A program made the translations under genes and the position numbers. From Sphyrna mokarran (Eukaryota): a stretch of DNA of 64,000 nt. Of this stretch, positions 36,576-50,265 are shown piece after piece. The stretch spans positions 107,446,001 to 107,510,000 of the forward strand of contig JAGIQG010000003.1 of assembly GCA_024679065.1 (NCBI GenBank), read 5' to 3'. The notes under the pieces are model-generated. The model saw only the letters and a program-made list of their open reading frames with translations, was not told where the DNA came from and ran no database searches. How positions within the stretch are numbered: position 1 is the stretch's first letter; each line of letters starts with the position of its first letter.

Positions 36576-36774
36576 TTTTACAATGAAACCATTACTAGTT
36601 GCAAAATCCCATCTGATTCACCAATGTCCTTTTGTCCTTAATGTTACTTACTCTAGCCTACATATGACTTTAGATCCACAGCATTGGATCTTACACATCC
36701 TCTGAAGCTAGATAAATACTCTGAAACTGGACAAAAGAGTGAGTGCTCTTGACATCAAGAGCACTCTGGATTAA

Positions 36775-37500
36775 ATGCAACAAGACCTAGGATAATATTC
36801 AGTCTTGCACTGACAAGTGACAAATAACAATCACGATACACAATTGCCAAACAATGACAATCTAACCATTGCCTCTTGACATTTGATACTATTGACATCA
36901 CTAAGTTCCCTATAAGTATCCTGGTGGTTCCCATTGACCAGCCTAGCTGGACTAGCCATATAAATACCATGGCTGCAAGAACAGGCCAGAGGTTAGGAAT
37001 CCTGTGGCGAGAAACATATCTCCTGATTTCCTCAAAGCCTGTCCATCATTTACAATGCACAAGACAATAGGATGATGGAATACTCTTCCTTTGTCTAGCT
37101 GAGTGCTAGACAAAGCTTGACATCATCCAGGACAAAGCAGCCTGTTGGATTGGAACACCATCCACAAATATTTATTCCTCCACTATCCACACATAGTGGC
37201 AGCAGTGTGCACTGCAGGAAGTGATCAAAGCACTTTAAATAGTATCTTTCAACCCACAACTGCTACCAGCAGGAAAAACAAAAGCAGTAACATGGGAACA
37301 CCACCACTCTCCAAGACACTTACCATCCTGAATTAGAACTGTATCATCACCATTCCTTCATTGTTGCTTGCTCAAAATCCTAGAACACTGTCTTGAACAG
37401 CACTGTTCGAGTTCCTACACCACATGGATTGAAGTGGTTTGCAAGCATAGCTCACTGCCACCACCTTCTCAAGGACAATAATGCACATATGAATGAATAA
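36775..37500 (+). mobile_element. Old CR1/L2-group LINE 3' part (probably same family as 46210-46905 and 57280-58510)
   Basis: ILVVPIDQPSWTSHINTMAARTGQRLGILWR in ORF 36876-37070; tail cctacaccacatggatt..caccaccttctcaagg. Confidence 0.7.
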
Positions 37501-39623
37501 ATAAACAACAACTGTGTCCAGACTTCCAAAGTACTTCATTGACTGTGATGTCCAGTGATTGTGAAATGCTGTATATTAATGCAAGTCTTCCTTTCTCCCT
37601 TGAATAGTATTTCTGTATTTATTTGGATTTTAAGTTCAGTAGGTTGCCAAAGTTGGAATTTTCTGCCTGTTAATTTGTTTTACCTTATTTCAGCTAACTG
37701 GATGTTTGGCATCCTGTTTTTAGTGGGATCTGGCCAATCTACAGCAGTCAAATCTGCTATAACGTGGTTAGATAGAGAGTCTATTTAATTGATAACATGC
37801 CCTTGAATGTGAAGGATGAAGTGTTTATGGTAATTAATGTGCTCAAGATTGCGTATAATTACTTTAATAAAGTGTCATTGGCTTCAAAATATTGTTCCTT
37901 CCTTAGCTTGACTAAATAGTGAACAGGAATATTTACAGCCTGTGCAGGTGAGATACCTAAATTTCCACTGAAAAAGTATTAGTTTCATAAGATATTGTGT
38001 TGGAAAGTAGAAAGGTTATTGAGTTTCATATTTTTAGTGAAAAATTTTCCATTTATAAAAAGTAAATATATAAAAAAATAATCTGAACAAGTAGAAACAT
38101 ATGACAAGTCATTTATCAGTTACAAAGTAAAAACAATTTTGAGTCTGGATTTTTGACAGAACATGGCATTGTTTTACCTGCAGGAGAAGGAAAGAGATTG
38201 GAATGCATTCAAAGCCAGCATGAATGAAATGAAATTAGAGGAAATGAAAAGATATTTTCATTACATTTTAAAAACATACTGGTGCAGGTTTTTAGCCACC
38301 AATGAACAAACAGTAATGCTCTAGCATTTACACTGGCCGTCAAGATTTTTTGTAAGTTTTTGTATGCCAGTTTGAGGTAATTAGATAAGGCAATGCAGTG
38401 TGCTCTGAAGAGAAACTGGACTTTGTGTGAAGGGGCAAGGTTAACCAGTCAAATTCAGGAATCCTCATTGTGACAAAAATGTGGGTTGAATTTCTGGCCC
38501 CTTCCAGAGTTAGGATCAAAGATGAGGGCCTCAACATACTGGCATTCTTCACAGAAACAGCCCTTAGAGCCCACAGTCCACATTTGCTACCTGCTTCCAA
38601 AGGATTACTGTACACCCATTTTGCCAACTAGTAACTTGGATTGGCTATCTCCAGATGATTTCCTCAGTTTTGGGAGTGTTTTTAAAAATTCACTACAAGC
38701 AGATCCAATGAATCATCTTCTCCAGCCATGCTAAGACAAACCTCTTTGAATCCCTGGAAGGCTAAATGATGCATCACTTCAACTAATGCTTGCCCTCTCA
38801 AATCTGGCTGGGAAAACTTGGAAAGTCAAGCAGCCCTTTCTCTTGGTTAATCATACAAAATCATTGCTGTCTTTCTGTAACAATCATTCATTTATAGGGG
38901 AGCCTATAACCTGATCTCAAATGGCTTCCTCTCTCTCCTCTTCCAAATGGCAGTGTGAAACATAGCCTTATATTCAGACAGAAATGTTAATTAACTATTC
39001 TTTATTTCAACTCCCTTTCATCTTAGAAGTAAATGGATTGCTTGCATCACAACTGCTTTTATATCCCAATACCAACAATTTTGGCAGATTCAAGGTCTAC
39101 TGATTGCAAACTCAAATGCTGTTGCCATTGTCTCCAAAGACCTGGCACCTTCTTAGTGAAACAATCTGAGTCTTCCTTTGATCTCTAACAATGAAACCAC
39201 CCAAGCTTACTGTTAGGCAGACTTTAGAATAGGTCACACGAATTCTTAATTTACTCTAAGTTTAAAGTTCCAGTTCCAAAATAGCGTAAACTTATAAACT
39301 TCATATCCGTAACACAGTTATGAACGCATTTACCCACTACTGCCTTCCTTTTGGACATATGGCCATGCTATTGTGATTGGCAATCTTGCCCGTACTCTTC
39401 TGTCCCCATGTTGTTCTGGGACTGAACCTATCCAGTGCATGTGCACAAACTATCTGCTGTCCCTGCCACCTAACCTATATAGCATCATGGCAACCCTGTG
39501 TTTCAATCATCTGGGGAGGATATGTGGAAGAATCCCTAGAAGATTGATTGAGTAGCATCTGCCACTTGGCTTTAGAATGAGTTGTTATCTGACCACAGTT
39601 AGCCTATTGGGTCATAGGGACTG

Positions 39624-39829
39624 TGGCCAGAATTCTCTGGCCATTTATTCTGGCGGGATTCTCTGGTTCCATTTGTGATTCATCCCACGCTGTGGGTTTC
39701 CTGGTAGCATGAAGTGGCTTCAATGGGAATTCCTATTGGTAGTGGCAAATCAGAAAATCCTACCAGCAAATAGCATGCTGTCTTCAGTTGCTGATAAAAA
39801 CACTGAGGGAAGGCCAGAGAACCTTGCCC
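39624..39829. mobile_element. MITE of about 205 bp (Harbinger-like)
   Basis: TIR core ttctctggcc / ggccagagaa; homologous to 21386-21593. Confidence 0.65.
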
Positions 39830-40605
39830 AAAGTGTTGATTGAAAATATTACTGTATAAGATATATTTTGTAACCCATGTTATCTTTAAAATCTATGTGC
39901 ATTGTTGAAGATAAATGGGAATGAAAGAGTATTGTGTTATAGCCAAACGTTTCTGTTAATTTTTTTTTGTTATTAGAAGTGAATTTGGATGATTCTATTC
40001 ATCCAAATTGTCTAACAAAAATAAAAATTACAGTCTTTTGAGCCAGAGTTCCATTCTGGGACCTTTAATTAGTAACACTCGGTGGTATCGTAACAGATTG
40101 AAAACCTGTGCTAAAAAGCCAAATTTCATGGTCTCAGTGGATGAACCAGGAAATATAAATTTGTTTTGTTACTTGTAATAGAAATGAAATAAAGAGGTGA
40201 AGAAAGATGGGATGAGCGGAGAGAGGTAAAAAAAGACCAATTTCTTTCTTTGAAGTATTTGCAACACTGATTAAATTCTGAAGGAATGAGACTTCACAGT
40301 TGTAAACTCACATTTGGCAATAATTATAAGTTATCACACTGTATTCACTTGCATCTGCAACTTCACGTTCTTACATTGAATTCACAACAATCTCCCTCCA
40401 TAACTTTGTGGAGGAGCAGAGTGACTCAAACAGCAGCTCCCAGAATTCAATATTTACCTGCACAGATGTCAATTCCAGAACTTGTTGTCCATAATAACAG
40501 AGAGCATGTCAGCCTCACCATTATTCTCAATGTACAAACCATGAAAACAATATTTTAGAGGATAGAGTTCCAATTTAAATTTGTCAGTATGTCTATTCTA
40601 ACCTT

Positions 40606-42593
40606 CAAAGAACAGAGAAAATTACAGCACAAGAACAGTCCTCCAAGCTTGTACCCACCATGCTGCTGACTGAACTAAAACCCCCTACCCTTCCCAGAGA
40701 CCATATCCCTCTATTCCCATTTGTGTATTTGTCAAGACGCTCCTTAAAAGTCACTACTGTATCTGCTTTCACGACCTCCCCTGGTAACAAGTTCTAGGCA
40801 CCCACTGTTTTCTATATAAAAAATCTACCTCATACATCTCCTTTAAACCTTGTCCCTCTCACCTAAACCTGTGCCCCCTAGCAATTGACTCTTCCATCTG
40901 AGAAAAAGCTTCTGACTATCCACTCTGTCTGTGCCTCTCATAATCTTGTATACTTCTATCAGGTTGCCCCTCAACTTCTGTCGTTCCAGTGAGAACAAAT
41001 CAAGTTTCTCCAACCTCTCCTCATAGCTAATGCCCTCCACACTAGGCAATATCCTGGTAAATCTTTTCTGTATCCTCCCCAAAACTCCACATCTTTTTGG
41101 TCATGTGGCAGCCAGAATTGAACACTATATTCCAAGCAAGGCCTAACTAAAGTTCTATAATACTGCAACATAACTTGCCAATTTTTAAACTCAATGCTTC
41201 AGCCGATGAAGGTCAGTATGCCTTCTTGACTATCTTCTCCACTTGCATTGCCACTTTTAGTGATCTGTAGAGCTGTACACCCAGATCCCTTTACCTATCA
41301 ATACTCATAAGGGTTCTGCCACTTACTGTATATTTCATACCTATATTCGACCTTCCAAAATGCATTACCTCACATTTATCCAGATCAAACTCCATCTGCC
41401 ATCTCTCCACTCAAGAATCCAACTGATGCTCCTTATTGTTCTCTGCAAATCCACCAACCTTTGTGTTGTCTGTAAACGTACCAATCAATCCAGTTACATT
41501 TTCCTCCAAATCACATATATATTATAAACAGCAAAGGTCCCAGCACTGATCCCTGAGAAATGCCACTCATCACAGCTCTCCGTTCAGAAATGCACCCTTC
41601 CTTTGCTACCGTCTGTCTTCTTTGACTGAGCCAGTGTTGTATCCACCTTGTCATCTCATCTCTGATCCTGTATGACATTACCTTCTGCACCAGTCTGTCA
41701 TGAGAGATCTTGTCAAAGGCCTTACTGAAGTCCATATGGACAACACCCAGTACCCAACTTTCATCAATCATCTTTGTCACTTCCTCAAAAAACACGATCA
41801 AGTTCATGAGACACGACCTCCCCTTCACAAAACCATGTTGCCCCTCATTAATACATCCACTTATTTCCAAGTGGGAATAAATCCTGTCTCGAAGAATCCT
41901 CTCCAATTATTTCCCTATCAGTGATGTAAGGCTCACCGGCCTGTAATTATCTGAATTATTCTTGCTACCCTTCTTAAACAAAGGAACAACATTCGCTATT
42001 CTCCAATCCTCTGGGACCTCCCCTGTCGCCAGTGAGGATATAAAGATTTCTCTCAAGCTCTACCAATTTCTTCCCTTGCCTCTCTCAGTATTCTGAGGTA
42101 TATCCAAACAGGCCTTGGGACTTGTCTACCTTAATGTTTATCAAAAACCCCAATACCTCCTTTTTGATCTCACCTGGGCCCAAACTATCTGTGCATCCTT
42201 TCCCTGACTCTCAGCCACCAAGTCCTTCTGTTTGGTGAATACTGACGCAAAATACTTATTTAATACCTCACCCATTCCCTCTGGCTCCACACATAGATTC
42301 CTTCCATTGTCCTTGGGTGAACCAACTCTCTCGCCACTCTCTTCCTCTTTATATCAATATTAAAAGCCTTGGGATTTTCTTTAATCCTGCAGGCCAATGT
42401 TTTTTTGTGACCCTTTTTAGCACTCATTACTCCTTGCATAAGTTTCGTTCTGCTTTCTTTGTATTCTACACTTGCTTCGTGTGTTCCCAGCCTCCTAGCT
42501 TTGACAAATGCTCCCTTTTTCTCTTTGATTAGGCTCACAATAGCCCTTGTTATCCAAGGTTCCCAAAACTTGCTATACTTATCCTTCATCCTT
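40606..42593 (-). mobile_element. 5'-truncated CR1 LINE of about 2 kb, disrupted ORF2
   Basis: ORFs 42260-42718 (PWIT..IKENPKAF), 41511-41906 (QHGFVKGRSCL, DFSKAFDK, QGSVLGPLLF), 40971-41171 and 40843-41082; caaagaacagagaa tail. Confidence 0.95.
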
Positions 42594-42863
42594 ATATCCC
42601 TTCTATCCCATATAAAACACTGGTTAAAGTCAAACTTAGATAGTGCCTGCCCGAAGTGAATATTATTGTTTGTTGACCATTTTCTTCCCTTTGACGAAAG
42701 ACTGCTGCATCCAAACAATTACATATCACAGGGATTTTGTACTGTAGACATCTAATTGATAGTCTTAATTTCAATAAATCAATACAAAAACCTACTTTAA
42801 TTTTACATCCATTTGTGATCATTATAACAACTTATTAAGTGTACTATACAAGAATGTAAAATA

Positions 42864-44121
42864 GAACATAGAACATAGAACATTACAGCACAGAACAGGC
42901 CCTTCGGCCTTCGATGTTGCGCCGACCAATATAAAAAGCAATGCCCCTCCAAACTAAACCATTCCCTTCTCTTCCATATACTTATCAACTAACCTCTTAA
43001 ACGCCACCAAACTTGGCGCATCTACAACTGCTGCAGGCAGGGCATTCCACTCCCGAACCACCCTTTGGGTAAAGAACCTACCTCTGATATCCGTCCTATA
43101 ACTATCACCCCTTAATTTAAAGCTGTGTCCCCTCGTGCTAGCTTTCTCCATCCTAGGAAAAAGGCTATCACTGTCCACCCTATCTAAACCTCTAATCATC
43201 TTATATGTTTCGATTAGGTCCCCTCTTAGCCGCCTCCTTTCTAACGAAAACAACCTCAAATCCCTCAGCCTCTCTTCATAAGACCTGCCCTCCATACCAG
43301 GCAACATCCTGGTAAACCTCCTCTGTACCCTCTCCAATGCCTCCACATCTTTCTTATAATGTGGGGACCAGAACTGCACACAATACTCCAAGTGCGGCCG
43401 CACTAGAGTTTTGTACAGTTGCAACATGACGTTGCGGCTCCGAAATTCAATCCCCCTACCAATAAAAGCTAAGACTCCATATGCCTTCTTAACAACCTTC
43501 TCGACTTGACTGCCTACTTTCAGGGATCTATGCACATACACACCAAGATCCCTCTGTTCATCAACACTATTAAGAATCCTACCATTAGCCCTATACTCTA
43601 CACATTTATTATTCCTGCCATAGTGCATTACCTCACACTTTTCCACATTAAACTCCATTTGCCACCTCTCGGCCCAGCTCTGCAACTTGTCCAAGTCCCT
43701 CTGCAAACTATAACACCCCTCTTCACTATCTACCACTCCACCGACTTTAGTGTCATCTGCAAATTTACTAATCCATCCTTCAATACCCTCATCCAGATCA
43801 TTTATAAAAATTACAAACAGCAGGGGCCCCAAAACAGACCCCTGAGGTACACCACTTGTCACCGAACTCCACGATGAATATCTCCCATCAACCACCACCC
43901 TCTGTCTTCTATCTGCTAGCCAATTCTTAACCCAATTAGCTAAATCACCCTCTATCCCATACATCTGCATTTTCTGCAGAAGTCTTCCATGGGCCACCTT
44001 ATCAAACGCCTTACTAAAGTCCATATATACCACATCAACCGCCGTACCTCCTTCCAGCTCTTTAGTCACTTTTTCAAAAAACTCAATGAGGTTAGTAAGG
44101 CACAACCTCCCTTCACAAAAC
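42864..44121 (-). mobile_element. Young 5'-truncated CR1 LINE
   Basis: Uninterrupted 389-codon ORF2 C-terminal half; (ATAGAAC)n tail; probable TSD AAATA at 42859-42863 and 44122-44126; inserted in an L2 tail. Confidence 0.97.
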
Positions 44122-44123
44122 AA
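42954..44123 (-). CDS. CR1 ORF2 reverse transcriptase, N-terminally truncated open frame (no native start)
   Basis: DFSKAFDKV, SGVPQGSVLGPLLF, KFADDTK and RPHLEYCVQFWSP motifs; no stops; lacks the endonuclease domain. Confidence 0.85.
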   Translation of the reverse strand: MFCEGRLCLTNLIEFFEKVTKELEGGTAVDVVYMDFSKAFDKVAHGRLLQKMQMYGIEGDLANWVKNWLADRRQRVVVDGRYSSWSSVTSGVPQGSVLGPLLFVIFINDLDEGIEGWISKFADDTKVGGVVDSEEGCYSLQRDLDKLQSWAERWQMEFNVEKCEVMHYGRNNKCVEYRANGRILNSVDEQRDLGVYVHRSLKVGSQVEKVVKKAYGVLAFIGRGIEFRSRNVMLQLYKTLVRPHLEYCVQFWSPHYKKDVEALERVQRRFTRMLPGMEGRSYEERLRDLRLFSLERRRLRGDLIETYKMIRGLDRVDSDSLFPRMEKASTRGHSFKLRGDSYRTDIRGRFFTQRVVREWNALPAAVVDAPSLVAFKRLVDKYMEEKGMV

Positions 44124-44480
44124 ATATCCTGAGGTACTTCATACAAATGTTATCAAACAAAATTCGATATTAAGCCATGTAAGGAGATATTAGAGCAGCT
44201 GACCAAAAACTTTCTTGAAGAGATTTAAAAAGTCTTAAAAAAGGAAAGAACAGAGGTAGAACTCCAGAACTTGGAACTTTGGCAGCTGAAGGCTTGACTT
44301 CAATTGTTGGAGCAGTTAAAACCAGGAAGATTCACAAATCCAGAATTAGACCATTGTATAACTGATTACAGAAATAAGGACTGGTGAGTTCACAGAGAGA
44401 TTTAAAAACCGGGAAAAACATTTTAAAGTCAAGGTGTGTTGCTTCATCAGGAACCAGTGTGGGTTAGCAAGCAACCACCA
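44122..44480 (-). mobile_element. L2-like LINE 3' end (extreme tail displaced to about 42825-42860)
   Basis: tatcctgaggtacttca..ttatcaaacaaaatt..aaggagatattag..tgaccaaaa..ggcagctgaaggc. Confidence 0.7.
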
Positions 44481-46209
44481 GAAAAGTAATGAATACATCT
44501 TTAAAACAAGTTGCTCTATTTTGACTATTACTAAATTAAAAATAAACTTTTCCATCTTTCATATTCTCTCTCACAACATTATGGTTTCTGGATGTCCCAT
44601 TAATTTTCCGTTTCAATGTAAGAAAAACACTTTTGAGACAGCTCTCCTGAAATCAAAATTACAATATTAGCTGGGATTCCAATGAGTTTGCTGTGAGCAA
44701 GAATTTTTACAATAATAATAAAATATACAATTTTGAAGGAATTTAGAAAAAAAGGCCTCTGTCTCAGTGTATCAATCTTTCTTTTATCCATCTATTTATG
44801 CTTCAGTTCATCCATGATAATTTCTATCCAAATTACTTGAGTTCGTTGAATTACATCAAAACATTTTTGATGTTTAACTTGTTACAGGTTCAGAGTTAAA
44901 TTATATTTGATAGATATTTTTCTTGTGTTTCAAACTGGGACAGTCTGGTCCAATTTGACCTATATAAAACTGATGTTCTTGACAAATGCAGTTAGGCAGC
45001 TTTGACAGCTGCTTTGAGGTTCTTTGGCAGAAGGCAATGCAAGGCAAATTGTTTACCATTGAGAATACTCAAGGTCAGATAATTCGCAAAGGAATAGGAA
45101 GAAAGCAAAGTTCAAAATTAGAAATGGAAGTTGAAGAGGTATAGAATCCCTTGCTTCAATAGTATTTGGGATGTGCAGAATATTTGGGTTTTTTTTCAAA
45201 ATGTTAGAACACTGCAACATTTTTCACTGTGCATGTTTCTTATATCTATCAACTAATCATTTTAATTCATATTTTAAGCTAGTGTCAGATGTTCACACAT
45301 ATTCGATACATTGTTCGGCAAATATATTTGGCAAAATATTGCATTATTAACAACCTTTAAGAAGAAAATTATGGAACATCCTCAAAGTATAGCCACCTTG
45401 GAACTCTCTTCTGTACTCATTTCAGCAAGCTTAATTACTCCTGCAATAACAGCGCAACCAAGCTGAGTCAAATAATTGCCAAGAAAGTCACTTAATGAGA
45501 AAAAACTTGGCTCCACCTCCAGTAACAGAATGGGCAGAATAACAGCAATAAGTTCTAAAGTTTAGTAGTTCAAAGATTCTTCATAGGATTCATGCTGTGA
45601 GGGCTGCTGAATTAAGGAACATTACTGAAAGCCAACTCAAAAGGAAAGACTTTAAGAACTTTTTAAAGAGGGTAAGAATGCTGCAGAGGCAAAGAGTTCC
45701 ATAAAGTATGGATGAGATAACTGAAGGTTCTGCTACCCATTGAAGAACTAAAGGAGATGGAGATGCATCAAAAGCCAGAATCTCTGTCAAAGTTAAAAAA
45801 AAACTGAATGGATGTCCTTTGGATCACATAACAAGGTTGAAAGCAACAATTTCCGTGATCTTCATTTTCTTATACTCCAGGTGGTTGCTGCCCATATAGG
45901 GACAGATTGAATCCATCATTGCAAATTGATTGTGACTTATCTCCTTATCTTCCTGCTTATTTTTATCTTTGGTGTTGAGTTGGTTTATGATGGTGGAAAC
46001 CTAGAAACTTTGACTTGGTGAATAATATCCGAACTAAACAGATTCACGGTATCCTAGGGCATAGTGAAAAACTAAGCAGTCAACTCAGTACTGAAACCTG
46101 CAAAAGCCAAGCTATCATTGCTCAATGAGATTCTTCCTGTGTTGCTTAGATTATCTTGCAACTCAAAGTCCCAGTGTATAGTGTTGTACTAGGGTGAATG
46201 AGACCATTG

Positions 46210-46905
46210 TCCTGTCTCTCATAATCTCGGAGGGCATTCCAGGAACAGCACCAAGGACCCTTAAAAATGAGATGTCAACCTGCTGAAGCTGCCAAACAGG
46301 ACTACTTGCATGCAAAATGGCAAAAACAGCAAGTGATAGAGCTAAGTGATCCCACAACCAACGGATCAGCTCTAAGCGCTGCAGGTTTTCACATCCAGTT
46401 GAGAATGATGAATAATTAAACAACTCACTGGAGGAAGAGGTTCCACAAATATTCCCATCCTCAATGATGGAGAAGCCCAGCACATCAGTACAAAAGATAA
46501 GGCTGAAGTATTCACAACAATCTTCAGCCAGAAGTGCTGAGTGGATGATCCATCTTGGCTTCCTCCAGTGGTTTCCTAGCATCTCAAATGCCAGTCTCCA
46601 GCCAATACGATTCACTCTACATGATATCAAGAAATGGTTGGAGGCACTGGACACAGCAAAGGTAATGGGCCCTGATAACATTCCAGCAATAGTACTGAAG
46701 ATATGTGCTCCAGAACTTGCAGCTCCCCTAGCCAAGCTCTTCCAGTACAGTTACATCACTGGCATCTGCCCAACAATATGCAAAATTGCCCAGGTGTGTC
46801 CTGTACACAAAAAGCAAAACAAATCCAACCTGGCCAATTACCGCCCAATCAGTCTAGTCTTGACCATCAGTAAAGTGGTGGAAAGAGTCATCAGCAGTGC
46901 CAACT
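46210..46905 (+). mobile_element. CR1/L2-group LINE ORF2 internal fragment
   Basis: ORF 46464-46907 LDTAKVMGPDNIPAIVLK..PLAKLFQYS..AQVCPVHKKQNKSNLANYRPISL. Confidence 0.9.
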
Positions 46906-47780
46906 GAATGATTCTAAATGTCCAGCTAGCATGAAAATGGGAGCGTTGCAGATCTGTTTTTTTTTGAGCGAGTTTTCACACCCAATTTTATGGACTTAGA
47001 TAACGAAAGTACGGGCAAGACTATTTCCAGCTGCTCAGGCAGTGGGTTTGGCTTAATTCACCAGCCAGTCTGCAAAGGGAGCTATTGTGCACGGGAAGGC
47101 CTCTGCTTCTACACAGGCACAATTCCAACAGCAGAGATCTGACAGATAGAGAGGCCCTTGCTGCTTCAGGCAGTCCAAACAAACACATTCTCTTGGCCAA
47201 TCATGAGCCCAGCGCCCATCACACAAAATGTAGCCCCTGTCCCCCCCCACTGCCACCCAGACTGATTGCACCCCCTATGGTTAAGCATCTCCCCCCATGG
47301 CAGTGGGCCCCCCTCTCCCCAATTGGACTGCCCCGATAGGCCCCACCCCTGGGCCAAGGTGCCTGATGCCCATTACTGAGGTGCCAGGTTGGCACTGGCC
47401 AAAAGGCACCCTCTCTCAGACTCTCTAGGGGCGGGGAGGGGTGCTAAATGGCCTCTGGCTCTCCTGGCAAGACCACTGCGACTTTTCCTTGTTCATGGGG
47501 AGCAGGCGTTTTCCTCACTGGAGAGAGTCTCTCGCAGCAAAGCCATAAAGGCAAGGGAGCCCGGATGATTGGGCTGTCTAAGTACATGTAAATGACCATT
47601 TCAATGAATTTAAATAATTTATTAATTGTCTATGTCTGGTGAGAGGCTGGCCTTGATGGAAATCCAGCTCCTGAACAATCAGGCATGAACCTGATTTCTC
47701 GGCTCTCGTGCAATTCTACCATTTCGCCCCGCCCACTGATGGAGTAGGATAGGTTCAGGACCAAAAAGGGGATTTTTCAA
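46906..47780. mobile_element. GC-rich MITE-like insertion
   Basis: C-rich/G-rich composition and tggcactg / gtgccag motifs like those in 28497-29370; TIRs degraded. Confidence 0.45.
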
Positions 47781-47782
47781 TG

Positions 47783-48092
47783 GAAGTTTATTTATTATTG
47801 TCACAAGTAGGCCTACGTTTACATTGCAATGAAGTAAGTTACTGTGAAAATGCCCTAGTTGCCGCACTCTGGCACCAGTTTGGGTACACTGAGGGAGAAT
47901 TCAACATGGCCAATCACCTAATCAGCATGCCTTTTGAAATTGTGGGAGGAAACTGGAGCACCTGGAAGAAACCCATGCAGACACTGGGAGAACATACAGA
48001 TTCCGCACAGACTTTGATCCAAGTTAGGAATTGAACCCAGATCCCTGGCGCTGTAAGGCTGCACTGCTAATCATTGTGTCACCGTGCTGCCT
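47783..48092 (-). mobile_element. V-SINE with second tail type
   Basis: tttatttattattgtcacaagtaggc tail, V-domain and tRNA head. Confidence 0.9.
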
Positions 48093-49045
48093 GCTCTGCC
48101 CAATGAATTTATGCAATTTTAATTCAATTTTGATCAATGTTCACAATATAAAACTAACTCGAACTCAGTCTAATTTTAACACGTTAGGCAAAAATATTCA
48201 GTATGTAAGAATTGGAAATGTCCCAAAATTGCCCAGTTGAAATTACTGACAAGTGTGGTTCTGACAATAACATTTTCTTCACATATGCTAATTTTAATAT
48301 GTATACTCTGAACTCATGTATTTCATGCATATATTTACTTAACAATTATCTACCTCTATTCAATTTTAATTAAAGCATTCATAATCAAGAAAACTTCTTT
48401 TTGTTTTGCCATTTTACCAACGAACCACAAAATAGTTAAAGTAAGCATACATATGTTGTACAGATGTAAATACTGACAGCATATATCCAAAGATGGTATC
48501 TAATACTCGTACTTAATTTACTAATCAGAAACTCAATTAGCCACAACTGGATTATAATTAGCCATATGTAACTAGTATTAACAAATGCAATTGGATATAC
48601 TTTCCTGACTTTCATGATGAGATACACTGTTTGAATAGTCAACAGGGAGATCTAAATTGTTCATAATCTGTAAACTAATTAGGAGCAAGTACGCAAATTC
48701 AGCCTGTCGAGTCCACTCTGCCATTCTATATGATTATGGCTGATCTCCATCTTATTCCAGCTCCAGCTCCCTATTTTGTCTCCACAGCTTTTTATCCTGT
48801 TTATGATCAAATATTTGTCTACCTCTTTCTTAAATCCATTGATTGATTGATTCTGCGACTAGTGCACTTTGTTCCATAGATTCACAACCCTTCGAGAAGT
48901 AGCATCTCCTTATTCTGTCTTGAATCTATCCCCTACAACTATGACCTCTTTTCCTAGACTATTGTAGAAGGGGGAAATATTGGTCAACCTGCACTTTATC
49001 AATCCCTTTGAGTATTTTATACGGCTCAATCAAATCCCCTCAACC

Positions 49046-49335
49046 AAATTCAACTGTGCAATTTTGGGACATTTCCAATTCTCACACCAATTATTTACAT
49101 CTGAATGTTTCTACCAAACACGTGAAAATTAGGCTGAGTTCCAGTTAGTTTTATATTGTGAACGTTGATCAGAATTGAATTAAAATTGCACAAATTCACT
49201 GGGCAGAGTGGTGGCACAGTGACACGGTGGTTAGCAGCGCTGCCTTATAGCACCAGGATCTGGGTTCAATTCCTAACTTGGGTCAATGTCTGTATGGAAT
49301 CTGTACATTCTCCTAGTGGCTGTATTGGTTTCTTC
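49046..49335. repeat. Inverted duplication of 47965-48244 (SINE head plus its unique flank)
   Basis: caattttgggacatttccaattct..agttagttttatattgtgaac..aattgaattaaaattgca..gggcagag..ctgggttcaattcctaacttgg is the reverse complement of the upstream segment. Confidence 0.9.
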
Positions 49336-49565
49336 TGTATTTCACCGAGTACAAGCCCAAGCTACTCAACTACTCCTCATACAACACCCCATTCAAACCT
49401 GGAATCAATCTAGTGATTCTCTTCTGAACCACCTCCAGTGCCACCACATCCTTCCTCAAAGAAGGTGACTAAAACTGAACAGTGCTCCAAGTGTGGTCTC
49501 ACCAATGCCTTATATAATTGTAATACACTTCTCTATTTTTATACTCTAGTCCCTTTGCAATAAAT

Positions 49566-50265
49566 AGGTTATTGAAGGGAAGGTTATGTTTGACTAACGT
49601 GGTGGAATTCTTTGAGAACATTACATGTGCAGTGGACAATGGGGTGTATCTGGACTTCTAGTAGGCATTTGATAAGGTGCCACACCAAAGACTGCTACAT
49701 AAGATGAAGGTGCACAGCGTTATGGGTAATGTATTAATATGGATTGAGGATTGGTTAACTAACAGAAAGCAAAGAGTGGGGGTAAATGGTGTTTTCTGGT
49801 TGGCAATCAGTTATTAGTGGTATGCCTCAGGGATCAGTATTGGGATCACAATTGTTTACGACTTACATGGATGATTTGGAATTGGGATCAAATGTAGTGT
49901 GTCAAAATTCACAGATGACACTAAGATGGTTGGCAGAACAAAGTGTGCAGAGGACACTGAAAGTCTGCAAAGGGAGAGATAGTCTAAGTGAATGAGTGAG
50001 GGTCTGGCAGATGAAGTACAATGTTGGTAGAGTGAGGTCATCTATTTTAGTAGAGATAGCAACACAATGGACCATTATTTAAATGGTTAAAAATTGCAGT
50101 ATGCTGCTGTGCAGAAGGACCTCAATGTTCTTGTGCAGGAATCTCAGGGAGTTGGCTTGCAGGTGCAGCAGGTAATTAAGAAGGCAAATGGAATTTTATC
50201 CTTTATTGCTATAGAGGGACAGAGTTTAAAAACAACGAGATTATGTTGCAATTGCATAAGGTGCA
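49566..50265 (+). mobile_element. CR1 RT fragment in opposite orientation, no tail
   Basis: KGRLCLTN..EFFE, AFDKVPH, SGMPQGSVLG and QVQQVIKKANGILSFI motifs. Confidence 0.85.

Noticed and set aside
43506-43877. 123-aa + strand ORF (also 3179-3538, 17390-17692, 46163-46735)
   Set aside because: Antisense shadows of LINE ORF2 with no independent protein features.
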